From Synechococcus sp. (GTDB lineage: Bacteria; Cyanobacteriota; Cyanobacteriia; PCC-6307; Cyanobiaceae), in the NCBI GenBank assembly GCA_047286215.1, contig JBJBBS010000001.1, positions 1,105,170-1,169,169 of the forward strand: DNA of 64,000 nucleotides, read 5' to 3'. The notes under the pieces were generated by a model. The model worked only from the letters and a program-made list of their open reading frames with translations. It was not told where the DNA came from and made no database searches. This document shows positions 25,660-34,155 of this stretch, one piece after another (within the stretch, counting starts at the first letter, position 1; every line of letters starts with the position of its first letter). The position numbers and the translations under genes are program-made.

Positions 25660-26499
25660 ATGCTGATTCTTGTGCGACGCATCGGTTTATTTCTAGGGCT
25701 CGTTTCGCTAGCCGCGATGCCCGTCTCAGCGGCAGGGCTGATGGAGCTGCTCGACAGCATGAAACCGGTGAGGGAGCAGCGTTTGGTTCCCCAATTGCCG
25801 CCCGTGCCGCGCATTCCCGGCCGCGGCAAAAATTGGAGTGGCGATCGGATGCCAACAGAAGGTGTGCCGATCCTCGTGCTGGCTGGTCATGCGGATTCGC
25901 AGCGCATGGACGGCTCCGGAACTCCTGGCAAGGCCGTTGGAGTGGGTGGTGCGTCGCCCATGCAGAGAGGCATCACGGATGAGCTGTATTGGAATCTGCT
26001 GACAGCAAAAGCTGTGGTTGCTGAAGGCACCCGTCAGGGCCTTGAGATCACCTTCTACGACCCCGGAGTTCGCACGATTCGGAACGCACAGGATCCACGC
26101 ACCAATTGGTCGGTGGGATATGACCATGCTTCCAAAGGTGGCTATGCCATTGAGATTCACTACGACGCTTATGCCCCCTACGGCATTGGTCCGGGGGTGA
26201 TCCCGGCGGTTGCCTTCGGTTTTTCTGTGATGGATGAAGCCTTAGCGAAAGAATTTGGAGCGTATCCCTATGACTATCGAGGCATCCTTGGTGCTCCCCG
26301 CCGAGGAGTCTCCATGCTGGAAATCGGCCTGCTTGATGGTGCTCTGGAGCGGAAACTTCGTGATCCAAGCCAGAGGGATCTCACCTTGAATCAGATCGCC
26401 AAACGTGTGGTGTTTGCCTTGCGCCAGGGGCTGGAGCAGGGCCCATCTCTGAAGGCCATCTGTGCCTCGTCAGCTTCCATTAATGCTGTCTGCCGATGA
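25660..26499 (+). CDS. Exported amidase_3-like (N-acetylmuramoyl-L-alanine amidase-like) protein
   Basis: Signal peptide; 'LAGHAD', 'E', 'IEIHYDA', 'MLEIG'. Confidence 0.55.
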   Translation: MLILVRRIGLFLGLVSLAAMPVSAAGLMELLDSMKPVREQRLVPQLPPVPRIPGRGKNWSGDRMPTEGVPILVLAGHADSQRMDGSGTPGKAVGVGGASPMQRGITDELYWNLLTAKAVVAEGTRQGLEITFYDPGVRTIRNAQDPRTNWSVGYDHASKGGYAIEIHYDAYAPYGIGPGVIPAVAFGFSVMDEALAKEFGAYPYDYRGILGAPRRGVSMLEIGLLDGALERKLRDPSQRDLTLNQIAKRVVFALRQGLEQGPSLKAICASSASINAVCR

Positions 26500-26616
26500 T
26501 CATGCAGGACTTGGGCAGCCCAGGGATCTTGGCTTTCGTTGGCTGCCTTTCGATGGCCTGACTCGCCAAGACCATGGGTGCGTCAGGATCTTTTCAAGGT
26601 GTCGTCTTTGGGCGGT

Positions 26617-27357
26617 ATGAATCTGATCCTGCTCCGCCCCGATGACGTCTGGACCGGTGATCACTTGGTGCGTATCAGTGATCGTCGTGCGGACCATATC
26701 CGAAGTGTGCTTCGCGCCAACGTTGGCGATGGTTTGCGGGTTGGCTTGTTAGGTGCGGATCAAGGCCTAGCTCAGGTGCAGGCCATTGATGCATCTGGGG
26801 TTCTGCTTTCGGTGCAGCTCTCTGATCCCCCTCCTCCGAGACATCGTTTTGATGTTGTTTTGGCATTGCCGCGTCCCAAAATGCTGCGCAGGATTCTGCG
26901 CACTGTTGCGGAGTTTGGGGTGGGGCATCTGCATCTGATCAACAGTGCCCGTGTGGATAAGAGTTATTGGCAGAGCCCGCTCCTGGCTCATCACAAGCTG
27001 GAAGAAGCGCTTTGGTCTGGTATGGAGAGATCTCGCGACACAGTCAGGCCTGAGATCCATTGTTATCAGCGCTTCCGCCCCTTCGTTGAAGATCAGTTGC
27101 CGCTGCTGTTTGCGGATCGACCCTGTTGGATCGCCGATCATGGGGCCCCTCTGGGCTTGGCCCAAACACCACCAGGACCAGCCGTTGTGATGATCGGGCC
27201 AGAGGGGGGCTTCGTTCCTTTCGAGATTGAACTGGCCTGTTCAGTCGGTGCCCAACGTGTGCATTTGGGCGAACGCATTCTCAGTGTGGACACGGCCGTT
27301 CCATCGGCTCTGGCACAAGGGTTGATGGTTGCCTCTGCGACGTCATCTTCAGCGTGA
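26617..27357 (+). CDS. rsmE: 16S rRNA m3U1498 methyltransferase (RsmE-like)
   Basis: 'LALPRPKML', 'MIGPEGGF..FE', 'LGERILSVDTA' SPOUT motifs. Confidence 0.85.
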   Translation: MNLILLRPDDVWTGDHLVRISDRRADHIRSVLRANVGDGLRVGLLGADQGLAQVQAIDASGVLLSVQLSDPPPPRHRFDVVLALPRPKMLRRILRTVAEFGVGHLHLINSARVDKSYWQSPLLAHHKLEEALWSGMERSRDTVRPEIHCYQRFRPFVEDQLPLLFADRPCWIADHGAPLGLAQTPPGPAVVMIGPEGGFVPFEIELACSVGAQRVHLGERILSVDTAVPSALAQGLMVASATSSSA

Positions 27358-27381
27358 TAACCAGTCCGCAGTGGTGGGGGG

Positions 27382-27783
27382 TCAGTTCCAGTTCAAAGTG
27401 ATCGCGATCTGAGGATCCAGGCTTCGTTTGACCGGGCATTGGGCCGCCACCCGTTGCAGCAACAAGCGTTGCTCGCTGTTGAGCTCAGATGGCAGTTTTA
27501 GATTCACCGTCAGGCTCTCCACACGTCGCGGCCCTTCCTGCGTCATTTGTTTCTCCACATCTGCTGTGCTTCCCTCCAGCGACCATCCCCGGCTTTTCGC
27601 TGTGATGCCCATGATCGTGAGGATGCAAGTCGCCAGGGAGGTGGCCAGCAGATCGGTTGGAGAAAACTGCTCGCCGAGCCCTTGATTGTCGACAGGGGCA
27701 TCAGTGCTGAGTTGAGCCCCAGATGCTGTGTGGGTAGCCTCGCAGTGAAGGTTGCCGGTGTATCGGCATGACATGGTTGTCAT
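27382..27783 (-). CDS. OsmC family protein
   Basis: 'TDAP.DN.GLG..FSPTDLLATSLATC', 'CPVKRSL'. Confidence 0.9.
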   Translation of the reverse strand: MTTMSCRYTGNLHCEATHTASGAQLSTDAPVDNQGLGEQFSPTDLLATSLATCILTIMGITAKSRGWSLEGSTADVEKQMTQEGPRRVESLTVNLKLPSELNSEQRLLLQRVAAQCPVKRSLDPQIAITLNWN

Positions 27784-27996
27784 GAACTGTTCGTCGCTAG
27801 TTCCATTCTTTCTCTTGAGTGCCCGCGATGCTGATTGAGGTTGAACGCAATCGGTTCGATGATCACCTTGGTTGATTCATGATCAGTTTCGTGCTGATTG
27901 TGGCCTGATCAATGGTGATTTCTGCGCTTAGTGCAGCAAAAACGATCGCGGTTTTTACGGGCGATCCATCTCTACTACTAGGATCTGACATCTGTC

Positions 27997-28320
27997 TTGT
28001 TTTTTGAGTTGGACGCTGAAAGCCTCGCTGGACTCCAGGCACTCGTTGCTGATGTGGGGACGGGCAATGTGATTGATGCTGAGTTGCTCGACGGTTGTTC
28101 CGTTGAAGCGCATGAGCTTGATGAGATGGATGAAGCACAAGCAGCAAACGTGGCGGCTCACTGTTTTGCAGTGCTATTCGATCATCGTGTTCAAGAACCG
28201 GTTGGTGCCGATGCCGATAGCGTCGCTGGCGTCTGGCGCGGAACGTTGGATGGTTTCTCTTACGTGATTCGTCGGGACGACCTTGGCGATTTGGTGCTCG
28301 ACTTTTCTGCTCACGCTTGA
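27997..28320 (+). CDS. Acidic hypothetical protein
   Basis: 107 aa, coupled to the next gene. Confidence 0.6.
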   Translation: MFFELDAESLAGLQALVADVGTGNVIDAELLDGCSVEAHELDEMDEAQAANVAAHCFAVLFDHRVQEPVGADADSVAGVWRGTLDGFSYVIRRDDLGDLVLDFSAHA

Positions 28321-28568
28321 TGGAGATTGAAGACCTCCGACAGGATTTATCTGAGCGTCTCGGTCGTCGTGTCGCCACGCTGTTGACCCGCGATGGGGAT
28401 CCTGTTGTTGAGATGGTTGACCTTTATCAACCGTCTCCAGCCGGCTTCGGGGGACGACTGGTTTTGCAGGATGGAACGGTGATGGCCTGGGAGCTCTGGC
28501 ACGAAGACCGTGAGGCTTGGAATTTTCATGCCACTTTGATGGCTGATCCTTCTGCTTCTGCTGGATGA
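28317..28568 (+). CDS. Hypothetical protein
   Basis: 'LYQPSPAGFGGRL...AWELW...WNFH'. Confidence 0.7.
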   Translation: MMEIEDLRQDLSERLGRRVATLLTRDGDPVVEMVDLYQPSPAGFGGRLVLQDGTVMAWELWHEDREAWNFHATLMADPSASAG

Positions 28569-28585
28569 TCAGCGGCTGATTTGGC

Positions 28586-29239
28586 TCACCCGTTGATCAT
28601 TGCTTCCAGGTTTTGCACCAGAGGGTTGCCGTTCCTCCACGCCTGATTGGGTTCGCAGCAGAGGCATGATTCTCCTTCATCGCAGGCTGCCGCTGCACGT
28701 TGCTCTGCATCCAGCTTCAAGAGTTCCTTGGTGTATGGCGCTCGGAGGTCCCATTCGCTCCAGGTTTTGACGCCTTGCTCATCGACATCTTCTGGGAAGG
28801 CGATTTGTAGGTGGAGCCAGCGTTTTTGGCTGACGGGTTTAGGGCTCACCAACCAGTCGTTGTCTGGGTCAGATCCGAGGGCTCTGGCCGTTGTCAACAT
28901 CTCGTCCACTTTGCATTGATCGTGTGGATGTCGCTTGTCTCGCCACTGAGTGAGCGATCTCATGCAGGCGTCGTTGGCAGCGACGCCCACGCGCAGGAGG
29001 CCATTGGCTTTGTCGGCGATTTCCTTTTCAGAGGTCATCGTGCGACGAATGCCCTTGGTGTCGGACCAACTTGGGTACGCCATCGGTTCAAAGAACTCTG
29101 CTTTGGTGAACCAGACCACCGATGGCGTGCGTGAGTCAGTGCTGAGTGGTTTGAGTGCGCGGGTCTTGATTAAAGGAAGCAATCGCGTGGCAGTTGTGTA
29201 ATGCCATGCGATTTCTTTGCTGTGGCCAAATCCCTTCAT
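28586..29239 (-). CDS. Hypothetical protein, possible ADP-ribosyltransferase-like fold
   Basis: 'AWHYTT..RL..LI....LKP' and 'VVWFT' strand motifs; C-terminal 'CLCC'. Confidence 0.55.
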   Translation of the reverse strand: MKGFGHSKEIAWHYTTATRLLPLIKTRALKPLSTDSRTPSVVWFTKAEFFEPMAYPSWSDTKGIRRTMTSEKEIADKANGLLRVGVAANDACMRSLTQWRDKRHPHDQCKVDEMLTTARALGSDPDNDWLVSPKPVSQKRWLHLQIAFPEDVDEQGVKTWSEWDLRAPYTKELLKLDAEQRAAAACDEGESCLCCEPNQAWRNGNPLVQNLEAMING

Positions 29240-29274
29240 TTGGCCAATGTAAATGAGACAATTCGCGTCCTTAA

Positions 29275-29293
29275 AAAATGATAATCATTCTCG
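29275..29293. promoter_or_regulatory. Zur box
   Basis: AAAATGATAATCATTCTCG between divergent genes. Confidence 0.7.
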
Positions 29294-29347
29294 GTTTATG
29301 ACTTCGTCGGCACTCGGATTGAAGGGGTGTCGTGTGTCTGACTGAGC

Positions 29348-29364
29348 GAGAATGGTTCTCATTC
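29348..29364. promoter_or_regulatory. Second Zur-like box
   Basis: GAGAATGGTTCTCATTC. Confidence 0.55.
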
Positions 29365-29426
29365 CCTGTGTTGATTGATGCGTATGCGCTTTACATCGTC
29401 GATGGATTGATGTTGATTGATTCTGG

Positions 29427-29612
29427 ATGATGAATCAAATCATGCCTGCTGCAATGGCTTGTGCTTGCCCGGAGTGTGTCTGTGACGTGCAGCCTTCCAC
29501 GGCTGTGGTTCGTGACGGTCAACACTTTTGCTCAGATGCTTGTGCAACAGGCCACCCCAATCATGAACCTTGTCATGGCAATGGTTCCTGTGGCTGTAAG
29601 TGCTCAGATTGA
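29427..29612 (+). CDS. bmtA: Bacterial metallothionein (BmtA/SmtA)
   Basis: 'CACPECVC', 'FCSDACATGH', 'CHGNGSCGCKC'. Confidence 0.95.
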   Translation: MMNQIMPAAMACACPECVCDVQPSTAVVRDGQHFCSDACATGHPNHEPCHGNGSCGCKCSD

Positions 29613-29738
29613 GACTTTCGATAATCTACATTGCAAGCAACAAGGATCACGTCGCATACTCCATGCGTTGACTGGACTTCTGACTACGGGTGAATAGGAA
29701 TGTGAATCAGCCCCTCCAATCTGGATGGCCGTTGATCC

Positions 29739-30605
29739 CTATTGATTCAAAGCTTCGATTTCCAGTGAGCAATAGGTGCCATCAGGAGTTCGGCCTTGTG
29801 TGCGCAAAGCCTTCACTTCTAAGGCTGCCGCACGTAGATCAGCTCTGAACACAGGATCGGTGTGGAGCTGTGCTACGGCGGCAGAACCAATGATCTGGCT
29901 GGCTTGCACATCAGTGAGCCAATGCACATTGCAGATGCTGCGGCTCTTTCCATATTCGATGCCGCGCGCCACCAATTGATCACGCCGTTCCGGTGCCACT
30001 TCACTCAACACCAACGCCCAGGCCCAGCCGGCGGCAGTGTGGCCTGATGGATAAGACCCATCCTTCCTGAGGCCTTCATCATCCTCAGGTGTGCACATGG
30101 GCTGGTCGTTGACGGTGAAGGGTCGAGGTCGTTGGTAGTGATTTTTGGCGCGATAAGTAGCAAGGCCGGCATCGGTGAGCGTTCGGTGCAGCAGGGTGTA
30201 CAAACGCGGTGTCTCCTCTTTGGAGATGGGTACGCCTAGAGCACAGGAATAGATGGATGCTGCAGCTGGGAAATTCAGATCGGCATCTCGCGCTGCCAAG
30301 TCCCAGCGCGGCGTGCCTCGAAGCGGGAAAGTGGCTTCCGCTGTTTCCACATCCAGCGTGTAAGCGGTGGAGTCGGCTTGGGGCGGAGCTGGTAGCAGTT
30401 CCAGTGAATTGGGAAGCGAGCTCGGGGGTAGGTATCCCTCCAGCAGGCCATATTTCAACTCTTTGAGATTGTCTGGAGACCCAACGTTGGACTCGCAATG
30501 TTGGGCTGGTTCAGCGGCAGCAGGCTCTCCCATCAGCATGATGGTTGCTGCAATGGCAAGCATCATGCTGGCGAGGCGCGTCGTAGCCATGTGGTGGCAT
30601 TTCAC
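29739..30605 (-). CDS. Class A non-specific acid phosphatase (PAP2), exported
   Basis: Motifs KxxxxRPRP, SYPSGH, SRxxxxxHWxxD; signal peptide. Confidence 0.9.
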   Translation of the reverse strand: MKCHHMATTRLASMMLAIAATIMLMGEPAAAEPAQHCESNVGSPDNLKELKYGLLEGYLPPSSLPNSLELLPAPPQADSTAYTLDVETAEATFPLRGTPRWDLAARDADLNFPAAASIYSCALGVPISKEETPRLYTLLHRTLTDAGLATYRAKNHYQRPRPFTVNDQPMCTPEDDEGLRKDGSYPSGHTAAGWAWALVLSEVAPERRDQLVARGIEYGKSRSICNVHWLTDVQASQIIGSAAVAQLHTDPVFRADLRAAALEVKALRTQGRTPDGTYCSLEIEALNQ

Positions 30606-30669
30606 TGCTTCGTAGGTAGCAATGCCTTAATCCATTGCCTACGAATGCGGTAACGACAGGGCTGAGCTC

Positions 30670-30697
30670 AAAAAAAACGCCCCTCTTCCAAGGGGCG
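30670..30697 (-). terminator. Rho-independent terminator
   Basis: CGCCCCT-TGGAAG-AGGGGCG followed by T8 on the minus strand. Confidence 0.75.
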
Positions 30698-30807
30698 CCA
30701 TCCGTGTTGTTGTTGTATTCAAAGCCCTCTCTTGCTTCTCGCCAAGCTTCAAAAAGTGACCAACCATGACTCAAGCCCTGTGAATCATTGGAGCGCTTGT
30801 CTCTCTA

Positions 30808-31089
30808 CTAGTCAGCCAGCCAACGGGTGATCACGGTGCCGTCATAGACATGGCCCGACGCTTCAACGACTGGTTTGGTTTCAGGAGCCATGAAGATGTC
30901 GTAAAGAACGTTTTCGGGGCCTTGAAACATCACGGTTGCTCGGGTGGGATCGTTCTGACAAACGCCGATGTAGAAGGTCTTGACTCCCATCGCCGTGAAC
31001 ATGGCTTGCTGCTCAGGCGCATGCATGTGATCGCGATAGCTCTCAAAGGTTGTGCTGAGCTTGAAGTCCAGAACTGTGGTTTCCGTCAT
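30808..31089 (-). CDS. DUF3764 family protein
   Basis: 'ETTVLDFKL..TF', 'GVKTFYIG', 'EASGHVY'. Confidence 0.8.
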   Translation of the reverse strand: MTETTVLDFKLSTTFESYRDHMHAPEQQAMFTAMGVKTFYIGVCQNDPTRATVMFQGPENVLYDIFMAPETKPVVEASGHVYDGTVITRWLAD

Positions 31090-31237
31090 GACATTGAGCT
31101 GTACCAGAAAATTGGAACACACCCAGTCAATGGCTGGAGTAATGACGCTGATTAGCTGTGAAGAGCATCGTTAACCATGGCCTGTGGGCCTGATCGACTC
31201 GCTTGAATGGGGTTAGAACCACACTTGCTTAGAGATC

Positions 31238-31771
31238 ATGCTCTCGACCCCAAGCTTTGTGTGTCCACTGGTCTCTCAGTCTGCTGGCAGTGTTGGAGCA
31301 CTGATGCTTTCAGTGTTTCTTTGTTCCACCTTGCCGGTGATGGCTCATGGTGGCGCCGGTGGACCCGAGACGATGCCCGATACGACGCATGCCAGCGGTC
31401 CACAGATCACGGTGTATCGGTCAGCCAGTTGTGGTTGTTGTACGCAGTGGGGTGAGCACCTTGCAACAGCAGGATTTCGCATCGATGACCAGGTGACCGA
31501 AGCGATGGCTGGTGTGAAAGAGCGGCAAGGCATCGCACCCGAGACGTCGTCCTGTCACACGGCGGTCGTTGAGGGATACGTCATTGAAGGACATGTGCCC
31601 GTCGCGTCGATTCAACGCTTGTTATCTGAACGTCCTGCGATTCGAGGACTGGTCGTGCCAGGCATGCCCATGGGCTCTCCTGGGATGGAGGTAAGAGGCG
31701 TTGATGCTGAGAGCTTTGATGTGATGGCCATCGCCCATGACGGCAGCTTGTCTGTGTTTGATCGTTACTGA
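31238..31771 (+). CDS. DUF411 (CopG-like) exported metal-binding protein
   Basis: 'SCGCC', 'SCHTA', 'EGHVP', 'PGMPMGSPGM'. Confidence 0.9.
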   Translation: MLSTPSFVCPLVSQSAGSVGALMLSVFLCSTLPVMAHGGAGGPETMPDTTHASGPQITVYRSASCGCCTQWGEHLATAGFRIDDQVTEAMAGVKERQGIAPETSSCHTAVVEGYVIEGHVPVASIQRLLSERPAIRGLVVPGMPMGSPGMEVRGVDAESFDVMAIAHDGSLSVFDRY

Positions 31772-31793
31772 GATCGCAACGGCAATGCCAAGG

Positions 31794-32066
31794 TCAACGT
31801 TGTGGTTTTACAAGCATGGCGAGGCCTGACGCGGTAACCACGATGGTGAGTGCACCAAGAACGATGGGATACACCGGTTGGAGATTGATCCAGCCGAACT
31901 GGCCCGTGTGCACCTTGAGTAACCAGAACGCATCAATCCCCTGCTCCAACAACAGGCTGTAGAGCGATCCCGTGCTCGCTGTGATCAAGAGAGGAATAGA
32001 TGCAATCGGCACGATCCACCGGTGCAGCCGTCGTGCTTGTCGTTGCGTCGGTGCGCTCCGTTTCAT
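31794..32066 (-). CDS. PepSY-associated TM-helix protein
   Basis: 'RRLHRWI', 'TASTGSLY', 'LLKVHTG'. Confidence 0.8.
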   Translation of the reverse strand: MKRSAPTQRQARRLHRWIVPIASIPLLITASTGSLYSLLLEQGIDAFWLLKVHTGQFGWINLQPVYPIVLGALTIVVTASGLAMLVKPQR

Positions 32067-32272
32067 TGCTTTCGCAGTTGTTGGTGCAGTTCCTGTTCAT
32101 TCGCACAGGGCATCCAACGCGTGTTGTTTTGATGCGTGGTGCTGCAGCCCAGCTCTTCAGCTTTCTGTTGGGCTTCGGCTTCTGTGGCGTACAACCCTTT
32201 GCCATGGGCATGGGATGGAGAGCTGCTGAAGAGCAGGCTGACCAGTGAGATGACCAATGTGGAGAACGCCAT
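32063..32272 (-). CDS. Exported DUF3721 protein
   Basis: SHA|HGKGLYATEAEAQQKAEELGCSTTHQNNTRWMPC. Confidence 0.8.
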   Translation of the reverse strand: MAFSTLVISLVSLLFSSSPSHAHGKGLYATEAEAQQKAEELGCSTTHQNNTRWMPCANEQELHQQLRKQ

Positions 32273-32289
32273 GATCTCGAGTCAGTGAC

Positions 32290-32571
32290 CTACAAGCCTT
32301 CGCAGTGTTCGATGGCTTTCAAATAATGCATCCTGCCTGGGATACGGAGCCCTTGTGGATTGATGGCTGCACGCATCGCAATTTGCACGTCTACACACCT
32401 GTTGTAACGGTGGATTTTCACGGCCTGGGGAATCAGCAGGATGGCAATCGAGATCAGACTGAAGCAACTCAACGCTGACAGGATGAAGGAAGCACTGATC
32501 TGAAGAGTTGTTCGCCTTGTGGATGACTTCGTCGTGGTGTCATTCATGGGCGTGGATTGATGCTGGTGCAT
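32290..32571 (-). CDS. Single-TM hypothetical protein with two conserved-looking Cys
   Basis: TM segment, 'YNRCVD', 'AIEHCEG'. Confidence 0.6.
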   Translation of the reverse strand: MHQHQSTPMNDTTTKSSTRRTTLQISASFILSALSCFSLISIAILLIPQAVKIHRYNRCVDVQIAMRAAINPQGLRIPGRMHYLKAIEHCEGL

Positions 32572-32620
32572 CGTTCAGCGGAGCGATGCTTTTGCGCATT
32601 GCCTGCCATTAGCGTTGGCT

Positions 32621-33331
32621 TTAACCAAAGCCGCGGCTTGGTTGACGCTGGTTGTTGTCGACATTGAGGAAAGCGAGGTGATCCGTGGCCGGGTCGTAAA
32701 GGGTGTAGTGCTCTGCTGCACCGATACCGATCACGCTTCGCTTGGGCAGGGATTGTTCTTCTCTGTGCTCTCCGCTGTGATCAGTCACTTTGGATTCAAT
32801 CTGGCCGCCGGTCAGCTCCAGCCTGAATTGGCGACCGCTGCGGGCCGTGAACAGACGGTTGACGTCGAGGCGTGTGAGCCGATCCATCAGAATCAGGGGG
32901 GAGCTGGTTTCTGTCAGGTCATCAGCAACATCGGCTGAGCTGCCATGGATGAGTGCACAGTCGAGTTCGATGAATCCAAATTGCAGTGATGCCAGCCAAT
33001 CGAGATGGTCTGGATCCACGGCTGCCAACAAGTTGGACACAGAAGCCTCACCTTCTGCTTCCCTCAGAGCATCAGCCTTGCGTTCACCTCGGTAGCCACA
33101 TTCGGATAACAACTGGTCGTCTCTCCATCCATAAATGCAGTCAGGCTGGAGATCATCAGGCTTAGGACGCCTCAAGCGCTCCAGCAAGGCATTGCAAGAG
33201 GTGTGTGCTCCGACGAGGTCACCTAAAACAAACAGGTTGGCGACACCACGCTGACGCTTTATGTCGCGTTGAATCCGCTCGTAGAGATCCAGGTCTCCAT
33301 TCAGACCACTCACCAGTGCCCAGCGTTCCAT
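32621..33331 (-). CDS. Degenerate metallophosphoesterase-fold protein
   Basis: 'LVSGLNG', 'LGDLVG', 'LIHGS'; canonical metal-binding His motifs missing. Confidence 0.75.
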   Translation of the reverse strand: MERWALVSGLNGDLDLYERIQRDIKRQRGVANLFVLGDLVGAHTSCNALLERLRRPKPDDLQPDCIYGWRDDQLLSECGYRGERKADALREAEGEASVSNLLAAVDPDHLDWLASLQFGFIELDCALIHGSSADVADDLTETSSPLILMDRLTRLDVNRLFTARSGRQFRLELTGGQIESKVTDHSGEHREEQSLPKRSVIGIGAAEHYTLYDPATDHLAFLNVDNNQRQPSRGFG

Positions 33332-34149
33332 CAGCGCTCACACACGTGGCTGGCATCGTCGGCTCGTTCTGCATATTCGAAGCCGTGGCTGAGCCGCCAG
33401 GCAAAAACTTCGGGAAGGCCTGCTTCAACAATGGCGCGGCATGTTTTCGCGACGTCGTAGGCCACTTCGCGGATGCTCACGTCTCCCGTGCTGTCGTTGT
33501 GAATGACATAGGTGGCCTTGGTGTTGCCATGGCGCGGTTCTCCAACGGACCCTGCATTGACGATGCGCCGCATCGGCAGTGTGAGCTCCTGATCAACCGT
33601 CGATTGCGTGTTGTTGGCTTGTTGAACTCGAACGCGGATGCTGCCGCCACTGAGCTCTCGCACATAAGGCTGATGCGTGTGTCCGCAAAACAGGGTTTCT
33701 GCTCCTGCTGTTTCCACGCGTTCCAGTGCAGCGAAAGCATTCATGTCAGGCAGTAGATATTCGTGCTGACTGTTTGGACTGCCATGCACGAATAGCAACG
33801 TGTCCCTGCGCAGCGTCATGGGGAGTTCTGCCAAAAAAGCCTTGTTGGCGTCCGTCAGGACTTCGGCTGTCCAATGATGCGCACGATGCCCGCGGCGTTC
33901 CGCGAGTTGGGAGGGATAGCTGCATTCGCAGGCGTTCAAGCCATCGATGATGTCTTCATCCCAGCAGCCCTGGCAGGAGGCAATGCCGCGCTCCCTGACG
34001 AGCTCCACCACTTCGTTGGGTTGCGGTCCATACCCCACAAGATCGCCCAGGCAAGTGATGGTTTTAATTCCCTGGGAGTCAATATCCTCGAGCACCGCTT
34101 CCACGGCAGCCAAGTTCGCGTGCAAGCAGGAGATCACAGCGTGGTTCAT
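33331..34149 (-). CDS. Metallophosphoesterase (calcineurin-like), atypical
   Basis: 'SCLHAN', 'GDLVGYG', 'GCWDE', 'HGSP', 'GHTH', 'NAGSVGEPR'. Confidence 0.85.
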   Translation of the reverse strand: MNHAVISCLHANLAAVEAVLEDIDSQGIKTITCLGDLVGYGPQPNEVVELVRERGIASCQGCWDEDIIDGLNACECSYPSQLAERRGHRAHHWTAEVLTDANKAFLAELPMTLRRDTLLFVHGSPNSQHEYLLPDMNAFAALERVETAGAETLFCGHTHQPYVRELSGGSIRVRVQQANNTQSTVDQELTLPMRRIVNAGSVGEPRHGNTKATYVIHNDSTGDVSIREVAYDVAKTCRAIVEAGLPEVFAWRLSHGFEYAERADDASHVCER

Positions 34150-34155
34150 GGTGAA

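Noticed and set aside
30697-30808. Possible sRNA ending at the 30670-30697 terminator
   Set aside because: Equally explained as the 3' UTR of the DUF3764 gene; no recognisable sRNA motif.
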